Below, one piece after another: positions 1-12,090 of a DNA stretch of 64,000 nucleotides. Origin of the DNA: Adineta vaga (taxonomy: Eukaryota > Animalia > Rotifera). The notes under the pieces are model-generated. The model was not told where the DNA came from. It made no database searches and was given only the letters and a program-made list of their open reading frames with translations. The DNA is taken from contig CP075495.1 of the NCBI GenBank assembly GCA_021613535.1, positions 7,316,001-7,380,000 on the forward strand. The letters are read 5' to 3'. Position numbers and translations under genes: made by a program. Positions within the stretch are counted from its first letter, which is position 1, and the number at the start of each line of letters is the position of its first letter.

Positions 1-1516
1 TGTCTTCGTCAGTCACTTCGCAATCATTCATCATAGGGAATGCGTCGCGTATATTTTCGCTGCAAAGCAAGATTTATATGCAATTCGCTTGGGCAATCAA
101 GATCTAACTAATCTATTGATAAACAACAAATTGGATAGAATATAAATACTTATGATCATCAAAAGCAGTGTATTTTGAAATTATGAAAATTAAAGATTGA
201 ACTTAATGAGGTAAAATTCTAGATATAAAAATCGAATTATCTGAAGATGAAAAATATTTTTCTTCTATAACAATGGATATATGTTGGAAAACAATATAGG
301 AAGTATACTGTGAGATAAAGACAATAAAGATAAGCATATTCGATTATTCAACTAGTGCAATAGATTTTGAATAAAAAAGATCGATAGTTCGTTCACACTG
401 TTTCCTTATACGAAGATCTTTGTAGCATGATCATTTTCACACAAATAACTCTGTACGAGATTGATTTATTCCAAAGAATTTCTATAACATATGCGAAGAA
501 ATCTTCTTATTATTTCGTATTTACCATGAGCGACAAAAATAATCCATTTGTACATTTATACATGTATGAATACAAATGACTATTCTCTATTTTATCTAGA
601 GATTTTAGATGAATCATATAGTCATGATAATGAAAGAAAGTCTGACGGCCTGTTCGTTATTGCATATCGTATGTAGGGTGTAGCTTACTCGCTTTTTTCA
701 CGACAGAATATACGAAAAAAGAAGAAAAAAAAAGCATCGACAAACTTTTTTTTCTCTGTATATTTTCGAAGTGAAGTAGTAATAAATAATAACGAAAAAA
801 GAATGTGATGGTTGACTTTTTTTTTCTCTTCACATATTCGTCCGCTTTAGCGAGTAAACGTAAGGAAACTGTTTTCATTTTCTTTTTGATTCTTTTTTTC
901 TTCATCATGCGTTGTCGACAACATAAAAATGGTTGTTATTCATCATTATTTCTTTACATATTTCATACTCAACTATCTTTTTTGTTATACCTTATGTTAC
1001 TCTCTATGACATCAATTATATTTGAAAGTACTGAGTATTATCTGAACAGATATCATATATTTACTTTGATGGATCATTGATAGAAATTCGAATGATTGAA
1101 TATATGTTTCGCTTTGAGTATCAAATATTGATAATGAAAATATTAACATTGAATTAATGTTGAACAGAAGATAAAGACAACATAGAATTTGATCCGATAC
1201 TGTTGCAAACGACTTATAGACGAATATTTTTCTTTACTAACAATCTTCTACTTAGAATATGTATTCATTCATGTATTTTTTTTATTCTAGATATTTATTC
1301 AAGTTCTAGTCGTCTTACAACTAGACAACGTCTACCTCGTCAAGAAGACTTATTAAAAGTCTAAACTTGTAAGTTTTCGGTTGAACTTATCTTTTATGAA
1401 ATTCATTATTTCTTTTTAGATTCGTCGTCTCCTTTGATCGATAAATTTTGCATCAACACTCGTATTGAAATCAACAGTTGTTATTTTCTTTGGATTTTTT
1501 TTTGAAGAATAGGATA

Positions 1517-4500
1517 ATGACAGTACCAGCTACATTGTCAACAGTTTCAATAACACCTATCCTCAATAGTAATAATAATATTAACAGTATGAATAGAAAC
1601 AAATATGAGAATGAAGAAGAGATGACTTTAGCATTAACAGGAAAATCACCTGAATCTTGTATGGCAAGTTTACAACAATCAACAAAAGAAATCGATAGAA
1701 ATTCAAGTCGAATTGTATCAAAATTTCGTATACCAAAAAAGGAAAAGTAGGTTTTGTTCGAGATATCTATTTGAATATATAGTTGTTTCTATCGATCGAT
1801 AAAGTCCATATCCTATTTTATTCGATATGTGTATAGTTTAAAGTTTTCTGTACAGATCATTTGCAGAATTACGTAGATCAGATGGTATTGATCTTCAATT
1901 TATTTCATAACAAATAAAAGCAAAAATTCTCTAATGAGAAAAACTAATTATGGACGTTATCGATCGATCTGCTCATACGTTATTTTTCATTTCTATTATT
2001 TCAATTTTTAGGAAAAATGATCCTATCTCGTCAATGGATGATAATCAAGTACAATTCAAAACAGTTGCAAGTAACGATGCGTCATCATCACCAACGAATC
2101 AGTCGACCAACGATGATTTCAATGTTCAGTTAGGAAAAAGAAAAATTTCTCTCAGCGATTACAAAACAAATAAACGAGTGAAACCAAATGACAATGTACA
2201 AATTTCTTCAGCTGACGTTGACATGCGAATGGATTCAATGGAAAATAGTAAAGTAAGAAGCGTAGAAAATTGATGAAAAAATGTATTCTAGTTCAAAATA
2301 AAAAAATAACGAAATTTTATTTTTCTTTAGAATTCAACGGCAAAATACATGATCAATAATTCTTCACCTCCTTCTGAAACACGACAAGTAGTTAATTCAA
2401 AAGCAGACAATCATAGTAGAGGTATGATATTTCTCATAAAAATTGTTGAAATTTATCATTTACTTTCATGTTTCTTTTTTCTCTTTTGTAGATTTAGTAA
2501 CGAAAAGTAATTTGAGTGAACCAGGAGTAAAAAAATTAATAAAAAAGAAAGTAATTTGGGCTGATGAAAAAAATAAAGCCCTTGTACAGACATCATTTTT
2601 TGAAATAGATCGTTCTGAAAAGACAGATATGCATGCTTTTGCACGGCAATGTGCAGAAAATTTGTCTATAGCACAAGTTGAAAAATTATGGGAACGTGAT
2701 CTTGGTAAACAACGAGGTTTACAAGATATTAATTCATTTGATAATAATGATAAACAAACCTTACCTTCATTACCAACTTTAATATCTATTTTATTGCCGG
2801 ATACCATAACAATTCCAATAGTGAAATCGCAGGAACGTGTCGTTCAAGAAGAACGTGAAAAAAGTGTTTTACAGGCTCTTTTTATGCGACCATTTTTACC
2901 GGATAGTCCAAGTGAGCCCGACGGTGACCTTCTTGGAACTAATACTATTGAACGAAATGAACCCAAAACAATACCATTAAAAGATGTAAGGATAAAACGA
3001 AATCATACGAAGAATTATTTATGTAATAAACGATGGGAAAATATATTTTCAAAATTGAATGAAATCAGAAGAACTATTACTGTTCATTGAAATGAATACG
3101 TAGAATGTTAATACAGTTCTATAAAAGAATTTAATAGTGATATGTTCATTATTCTCTGCTTTTCAATTCATACCATCTATTATTACGTTTCGATATGATT
3201 TGGAATGTTCTTCTTAAATATTATCTTCTATCAAGAGAGTTTGATCGAATATTTGTAGTAAAACAATAATAAGTTTGTTATCTGAAACATCGATTGTCTC
3301 GTCATATACATATTGTATATTAAAAACAATGTGTAATCCATGCTAATCATCTTATGTAGTTCCATTTTTCGAATGTTTTACATATTTTTAATTTCGAGAA
3401 ACTTTTATCGTATATATTCAACGAGAATTTTTAAAGATAGCCGGTTTTTTGCAACATGAGATCAGTTTATTAATCTACTGAGAAAAAAAGATTCATTATC
3501 AAATCATGAAAATCGAGTCTTACATCTGACTGCACACATTTTTCAAAATATAACACTCTGTTTTCTCTTTAGAATACGTCATCATCTGAAACAAAGCAAT
3601 TATCACCTTCTAATACTAATCAAGATTCTTCATCAGTCAATGGATCTACCATTTCTGCAAATCTACCATCCATAGGTACAACAAGTGCGTCATCGTTAAC
3701 ATTCGATAATATAATATCTCCTCAAGTTGCCCAAATTCTTGAACGAGCCAAAGGAAATTTAACTTCAGCCATAACAACAACAACAACAACAACATCAACA
3801 CCAGTCATTACATCATCAAATTCAACTATAACGCCTACGTCAACTGCCACTGCAGCATCGAATCTACTTTCTGCTCTTCTCAAAATCACACAATCAAATA
3901 AAATTGAACCAGCAGTTTGTAAGTGATTTATTTTCAACCTCTTTCTTTTGCAGAATTTACATCGTTTTTATTTTTCTTCTAAATATTAGTGCCACCTGTA
4001 AACCCATTAGTTAATCCATTATTAAATCTTCCGCTTCATTTCAGTTTACCACTACCTCCACCACCTCCACCACATGCACTTTCTATGAGTCAACTATTAG
4101 CAAATGCTCTACCATTTGGATTATCTTTACCAACAGCATTCAGTAAGTATTGCGTTTATTTCATGTTGAATACTCTAATTTTCTTTTGTCATCTATACAG
4201 ATAATCCAATGTCTCAATCATCCACGACACCATTCAATGTTCAATCTTCCACGTCGTCATCATCAGTTGGTTCAGCAATGAATTCGAATCAAAATGATAC
4301 ATTACAAACATCAACAACTCCTTTTGTTTCTGGATCAAATCAAAATATGTCATCGAGATATGCTCATAACAACACTAATAATGAACGTCAAATGAAACAT
4401 TTTCGTGGACATACAAGAGGACATAATTATCGTCGAGGTTTTAATAACAATCATACACGTAGAGATTTTCATCAAAAACGAAATAACAATCACAGTAGCA

Positions 4501-4523
4501 ACAATCGAAATATCTTTTCATGA
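1517..4523 (+). CDS. PPP1R10: PNUTS/PPP1R10-like PP1 regulatory subunit (multi-exon, shortened)
   Basis: Spliced GT-AG frame contains KKKVIWADEKNKALVQTSFFEIDRSEK (RVxW PP1-docking motif in PNUTS context), VQEEREKSVLQALF..PDSPSEPD and EPKTIPLKD, then a Pro/Ser-rich and RG/N-rich tail. Confidence 0.75.
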
Positions 4524-4837
4524 AATATAAATATTTAAATGAAGAAGATTTAGATTAGTTAACGCATACAAATGTTTATTTATTGACTTTGTTTCATTTT
4601 ATTTCTATAACGTTCGTTTTCTTTTCTTGACGTCTCCCACACAACATTGAAAACTATCTTTGTCTTTCTTGATAATTATTGTTTGTTTATTTGTTTTTCT
4701 TTTGTATATTTTACAGAAAACTTAACATTATTCATTTGATAATCAGAAAAAAAAGTACATACCTGGTTATCAAATTCTTCTTCTCTATATTGTAGATAAA
4801 AATATTTTCTTGCAAACAAATTCTATACAAACAAACT

Positions 4838-6156
4838 ATGTCTCGGTATGTAAATACGAATAATATAATTCTTCATTCTATAGTAATTTATTTAGACATA
4901 TGGAACATTTACATTGTCGATTTCATCCCAATGCATCCCTCATTGAAGAGTACAGTGCGGGAGATATGATTTGTTCACAATGTGGACTTGTCGTAGGCGA
5001 ACGGTATGATTTGCTAATAGCATATCTTACTAGACCGAATTACTACATGATTTTATCTGAACTAAAACGATAGATTAAAGTTCTCTTGTCTATCTATTCA
5101 GAATGATTGATGTCAGTAGTGAATGGCGTGATTTTGGAAATGATAGTGACTCGAAAAATATGAGTCGTGTTGGTGGCATTGAAAAGTTTCTCTTCGATAA
5201 TAATAATCTTGAAACCATCATATCTAAAGGCCAAAGGCCGCAGCATTTGATGAACAGGGTAAACCAAAGTACAGCATGAAATTCAGTCAAGTAACATTTC
5301 TTTTCTAAGAAAAGAAATTTTTTAACTTGCCTAAGTAAATAGATATCTTCAACGGATAAAGCGTTGAAGAGTGGCTATGATGCTATTCAAATGCTAGCTG
5401 GACATATTCATTTAAAGAAAAACATTATTGATCGTGCATGTTTAACATACAAACGTTGTCATGAAAAGAACTTTCTACGTGGTCGTTCACAAGAACTCAT
5501 TGTTGCTGCATGTGTGTATACTGCTTGTCGACAGGAAGATATACCACGTACAATCAAAGGTAAGTTTTAGCGATTTTAAATACTTCCCTTATGTTTATAT
5601 TTCATAGATATCTGTGCTTTTTCAATGTTACCTGTACCAGACGTGAATAAAATCTATTTAAATATTAAAAAATTATTACCACATTCAGCTGCACCAAAAC
5701 CCATGACAATAGGAAATCTAGTGGTATGCTATATTATTCTTGAATAGATAGTTCTTTTTCATTTATTCAATACATCTTTTTAGCCTGGTTTTTGTAATCA
5801 GCTTGGATTGGATCAGAATTTTCTTTTACGAAAAACTGCTGTTCATATTGCTAATTGTGCTAATGAACTCGGCAACGTTCAAGGTCGTGCGCCTCGTTCG
5901 ATAGCTGCAGCAGCAATTTATATGGCTTGCTCAGCATTGGACATAAAGAAAAGCAAGAAAGGTGAGACAGTCGAGTGTTTATTTCAGAAGAAAATCATTG
6001 TATATTTGATTTTGATGTTTAGAAATTCAAGAACAGCTTAATGTTTCTGAAAGTGTTATTCGAAATGTTTATAAACTTATGTTACCTAATGCTACTCAAC
6101 TATTTCCCAAAGATTTTGTCTCGCAACGTTCAATCGCCAGTCTACCACGTGCTTAA
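4838..6156 (+). CDS. GTF2B: Transcription initiation factor IIB, divergent paralog; 7 exons; 1-nt frameshift at about 5235
   Basis: Zn ribbon [31 protein letters not shown]-reader [15 protein letters not shown], cyclin repeats [26 protein letters not shown] and [16 protein letters not shown]-terminal QLFPKDF. Confidence 0.9.
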
Positions 6157-6514
6157 ACATTTAGATAAATTTTTTCTATTAAACTTGATTGTTGTTTAGC
6201 TTTTTTTGTGTACTAGTTATATAACTATTTTTTAGTAATAAAGAATCGAAGATCTATGTTTTAGATCAAAAACTAAATGTTAATTCATTATGTGAATAGA
6301 ATGAACGTAATCATGAACATAATCACCCACTTAAAGAATATAATGAGGAATTATTCGATATTTCATATGAATTGAATCGTATGTTCAATGAATTCATCAA
6401 TTAGTAATAGATGACAAAAAGTATCAGATTAATTGTAGTTTTTGTTTCTTCTTTCATTAACACTGATCAAGAGTTGAAAGTAGAAAAAAACAGAATTTCA
6501 ACCTCTATTTTATG

Positions 6515-6953
6515 TTAAACAAATAGAAAAATAATTATTATTAACAATAGAAACCTTTTAGGATTAAATCTCATTCCTCTATTACAATAACTTGTTGTAC
6601 AACAAGCGATATCAAAACGAAGTACACCAGCAATAATTGTTTGTTCTTTACAACTTTTTGAACAAGCTTTAGCAACAAATATTGAACCAGGAAATTGAAT
6701 TCGAATCTTTTGACAACTAGTTGCATCGATTGTAGTCGATGAACATGTTGCATTCATATCTGTACCATCATAGATATCTTGACAATTCATACAAGAAACA
6801 CATGTAGTTGGTTGAGTGTGAATTTGATGAAAAACTGTATTGTAAAAAGAAACATAGATCTGTAGATATTTTTTCATAGTAAAATTTCTTTTGATTAAAC
6901 ATACGTAAAAGATTGATTAAAAAACCAAGGATAACTGTGAAATACATTTGCAT
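6515..6953 (-). CDS. Ly6/uPAR (three-finger) secreted, probably GPI-anchored protein; 2 exons
   Basis: Signal-peptide exon MQMYFTVILGFLINLL, CVSCMNC start, terminal CCTTSYCN motif, hydrophobic C-terminal tail. Confidence 0.75.
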
Positions 6954-7290
6954 TTGTTTTTGTGCGTTAATTACGATCGTGCAAGTAAAAATAGAAGAAA
7001 ATAAAACTATTCGTTTCTCTTATCGTCTACCGATTCTTTATTTTCTTCTCTTCAACCCTACGATTAAACTTGTTAGAAAAAGAGAACATTCTTTTATGTT
7101 AATCAAAAGAAAAAAAAAGACAATTAGACTTCTTTTTTGTTGTTGTGTTAACATTATAAAATCTTTATTTGAAGTATTTATGTAAATTTCATACATATAT
7201 ATGTAATTTGTTTATCTATTTACAAGAATTGAACAAAGACAAAGAAAAAGAGAGAACATGATCTAACACGAAAACAAGAGAATATAAATA

Positions 7291-9036
7291 TTACAAAAGT
7301 TCTGAACCTGAACTTCGTCGTCGTCGTGAGAAAAATTTACTCCATGATGCTAATGTTTTGTTGTTTAATACCCAACCTGATGATATAATTCCAATTGCTA
7401 ACATACATGTATATTTAATCATAAATAATTCATAACGTGGTTGAAGTCGTTGATTATCATTAATTTGACAATCACGAATATTCGAACAATATTTTTGATC
7501 AGATTTCCATGTTTGTAACCAATAAGGATAATTTTTTTGTTCATAAAATAAACATATGATTAAGATTATTTGTGGTATAATATAAACAACACTAAATGTT
7601 CCAATTCGAACCATAAACCGTTCGAGTTTATCTGTTTTCGTTCCTTCATGTTTCATAACTGTACGAATTTTAAACACAGATATAAAACCACTTAAAAGAA
7701 AACATAAACCAACAGATAAAAATATACATATTGGAACGAGAATAAAACCACGTTGAACATGTGTTTCTGTTAAACCAGTATAACAAACACCTGTTAAATA
7801 ATCTCCATCCATTGAACGTTTACTAATTAATGCAACACTCAAACAAGCTGGTATACCCCATGATGCTAAATGAAAATAAACTGATTGTGATTCAATGGCT
7901 TCATGTCCCCATTTTAAACCCGCAGCAAGAAACCATGTTAATGTTAAAATAACCCACCAAATCATTGATGCCATACCAAAATAATAGATTAATAAGAATG
8001 TTAATACACATAATTTATTATGAGTACCTTGAACAATAAATCTTGTTTGTCCTGTATAAGAGAAATCTTCTGTATTACAAACAATATTTGAACCATAGAA
8101 ATAATCAACAAAACCACCAACATAAGCACATGCGACGATAAAATAACATATGGAAAGAAATAAGATTGGCCGTTCGGGATAACGAAAACGTGATAAATCA
8201 ATTGAATATGTTGTAATTGTAAATAGTGTTGATAATAAACATAAGATAGCTAATATACCAACATAATGACGTACGAAATAGACTTGATCATTGTTGAATA
8301 AACTACGATTACATGGCATTGCACAATTATCATCATGATCAATTTTATAATTTAATTCAGTTTGTGTTATACGAAATTCTTTTGTACACAAACCATCTGT
8401 ATCGTAATTAGGACGAGATGATATGATTTGTTGATTATCATCTTTTGGTGCTTCAAAACACGGTTGTTCAGTTGGATATTGTGAACAACGTAATGCTTGA
8501 GGCCATGAATAACCAAATTGTTTCATTATAGATTCACAGCCACGACGTGCTTCTTCGCATAAATTTCGACATGGTTTAACTGCACTTACTAAATAAAAAC
8601 CAAACGAATCAATTGATAATTTAAACAATAAAAAAAATTCAATTGAAATAAATACTTACATGTTGGTAATGGTGAACAAATTGGTGTATATGCACTGCAG
8701 ATAAAATATTTTAAAGATTTCGAACAATTTACATTGAATAATGGAAGAAAAAATGCCATATCATAATCAGCTTCTACAAAACAAATGAATAGTTTGCAAT
8801 TATATTATTTTTATTGAACAATTTTTCTTACCTTCTGCTCGTGTATGTCCAAGAAGATTGGGAAATATTGTCATATTCCATGGCATTGTTGCACATGGTC
8901 GTGTATTACTAATATCTACACATTGATTTAGTGTATTAACACCTGATGGATTATTACCCATTGCAAATTTAGAAAAGAGATCATTTGTTTGACAATAAAC
9001 AATGGTTGTTAACAATAGAAAGAAACGAAGATACAT
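7291..9036 (-). CDS. FZD: Frizzled receptor (Fz1/2/7-like), 3 exons
   Basis: Signal peptide, CRD (PWNMTIFPNLLGH, ICSAYTPIC, PCRNLCEEARRGCE, FGYSWPQALRC), RFRYPERPILFLS, WFLAAGLKWGHEAIE, KTLASW (KTxxxW Dishevelled motif). Confidence 0.96.
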
Positions 9037-10275
9037 GTTTATATTCTAAAAGATATTCGAAAAAGAAAATTCAGAGATATTTTTTTGTATGAAATTGATA
9101 ATTGCTAGTAGTAGTGCTCTCGAGAAGATATCGTCGTTTTGTTTTGTTTTGTTTTTCGTTGGGTATATTATATCTAACTTCGACAGAACAGAAGGGCAAA
9201 CTAAAAATCGATCCGTCAGTATAGCTCGTGTGTCCTGTCTATTTTCTCTCTATCGAAACGTCGGACAATTATATATGCGTGTGTATGTGTGTACAAATCA
9301 AGCATATATTGACGGGGGGCAGAAGATGATGATGATGGTGGTAGTGTGTGTGTTCGACCTATTGGATGAATGTATTGTTGTCGATATATATGTATGTATA
9401 TTATGTGAGAGAAAACGGTGAAGAACGAAAGGAACAAGATGATGAGAAAAAAAATCGAAGATAAATGGATTTTCGAATGATGAGAGGTCACATAGATTAG
9501 AATTGAAATTGGAAAGTTGAATCGTTTAAAAAGACATTATGATCGATTTTATTTTGATATTTATTATGATTATGAATTATTTAAAGTTGAACGAATTTGT
9601 TTTTCTTTAAGAATATGAATACAATAGAGTAGAGTGTCAATCTGATTCGATGACATGGAATGTATAGCTGTGAATTGTTGAAATTGAAATAGCGTTATTT
9701 TTTGCCTGAAAGATATATAGAATTATCTTTTCAAAAATAAGGATCTCTTCATCTTCATTTTCATCTTCATTGTAATTCAAGTTCAAACCTCAAGCCATTT
9801 GGATAGACAAAGAATGTCGATTATTTTTGTTTATATTACGTTTCAGTTAAAAGGACAGCAAATAAACAAATGACTGCATTACCGTATGGTAGATATATCG
9901 TTCCAGTCAAATGAAAAAAATGAGAAATTATGCCTTCTGTCTTTCACACCATGAATAACTGTACCATGTACCTTTCATCACGAATCAATGGATGATATAC
10001 AAGAATTTCTTTGTTGTTGATAGAATGTCGATATCGATTCCTGCTGATTATTTCATCATAGAAGAAGATTGTCATTGAATTGTGAGAAATATCAGACAAT
10101 ATTCATACAAGTGTTTATTTATGTCTACTTGAAATTTTGAGATAAAAAAATATATTGATAACATGTTCATGACAAATAATTGTCTTTTCTCATCTAATGT
10201 TTATTTAACGAAAAATATCTACTTGATATTCAAACGACAAAACAAACTAAAATGAAATGAGAAAAAGAAAAGAAG

Positions 10276-11320
10276 CTAGATCGATGTGTCTTCAACACAT
10301 AATCGAAAAAGTTGTTCAAATTTGTCTTTATCAATATCACTGATGATTTCAATATTTGCTGCACGATTAAAATGACCATACCAATCAGAAATCATATGTC
10401 CAGATCACTTTTCCAAATGGTTCAACACAAGCATATATATGTTTAACTTCTTTAATAATTGATTCATCCAATACACAAGCCATACAAACAGCATCACATG
10501 AATTAAGTCCAGTAAAAAGTTCCGGATTGTTTTCTTCTGTTTTGGCAAAATTAATTAAAAATTCCGATACTTCACTAAATAAACGAGCTTTCGCCGTTTG
10601 TTTCTTTCGAAAATCTTTATCAATTTTCTCAAATGATATTGTTGACATACAAGTTAATTCAAAAGTAATAATTCTCATTTTGGTTTGAAATTCTTCCAAA
10701 ACTCTTGAAGCAGCTAATGGATCAGCAGCAAAATTAAATTCAATACCAACTAAAAAATTCTTAATTATCATCTATTTGTTTTAAGAATCAAAAAGAAAAT
10801 CTTATTTACTGGAAAGTGTATTAAATCGTGGTATTGTACAATTTCCACCCATAATATAAAGAGATTTTAGATTTCGATTAAATTCTGGATCGAGTCGATG
10901 TGCAAGAAATATATTTGTTAATGGTCCAATAGCAGCAATGACAAGTTCACCTCGATTTTCTCGAGCTAAACGTGTTAATGCAACAGCTGCTGGTTCTGTA
11001 CTTAATAAATCTATATCGATATGTTTATCTCCCATTGCATTACCAAAACCATCTTCACCATGAACATGTGAGGCATATTTTTGTCGACCATCAAGTGCTC
11101 GATCAGCTCCACGAAAAACCGGAATATCTTTTCGATGAAATGTATGTAAAAGATAATGAACATTACGAATACCATTTTCTAATGATGTATTTCCAGTGAC
11201 AACAGTTATACCAAGAATTTGAACATTTGAATATGATAAAGCCATCATAATTGCATGACAATCATCAATACCAGGATCAGTATCGATTACTAATTTCAAA
11301 GGAGTTAATGATGAAGTCAT
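10276..11320 (-). CDS. Inosine/uridine-preferring nucleoside hydrolase; 2 exons; frameshift at about 10405
   Basis: DTDPGIDD Ca-binding motif, HVHGEDGFG, IGPLTNI, IMGG, EFNFAADP, SCDA. The family-type C-terminus (SGHMISDW...NIEIISDIDKDKFEQLF) continues in a shifted frame to a stop at 10276. Confidence 0.9.
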
Positions 11321-12090
11321 TATTGTCTTGAAATATTATAGAGACGATCGAAAAATTCAAAATTATTTCATTTGATGTTGAATATCTATAAATAAAATTA
11401 ATTTCTCCTAATTATTAATAAATCAGAGTACATAATTTATGTCCTCAATTTTCCCAAAGAAAGATATTGGATCATATTTCTTTAGTCTATAGAAATTTGA
11501 TCGTCTAATATTGTTTTTTCCTGACAATTTAGAGAAGATATCATTACATCGAGCTACATATAGTCATTCTTTTTGTGTCAATTACTAATAGTATCTACCA
11601 ATTATCAAATTTAAGAAACTCTTCTTTAACGAATAAAATCATTTGCTAAAGTCTTCTTGTTACGAAAAAAACCCTCCACTGTTGATATCTAATGTCTTTT
11701 CTTACTTTTTATCTTTACAAAATATTTTATTTGTCGATTATCGCTTGTTGAAATAAAATAGCTATATGCATCTACGTAGGGTAAGCGAAAGGAATAGGAG
11801 AAAAAAATCTAACTTGTCGATTAACTGAAAGCAGTCGATTGTATCTCCTTCTTCTTCGTGCTTATATATTCTTTATCTTTCATATTACAAATACACCATA
11901 GATAGAAGTTTAAAATCTTTTATCGATATTGTTCGCCAGCGACATTTACAAGTGACGTAATCGTATTGGTTAAAATCAGATTTTTCATTTCTCCTCTTGA
12001 AATTGAACAACAGAACAGAACAGTAAATTTACAGTTTAAATCAAATCAAAGTATTTTTTTAAATTTACAGATTAAAAAGAGATATCTCAA

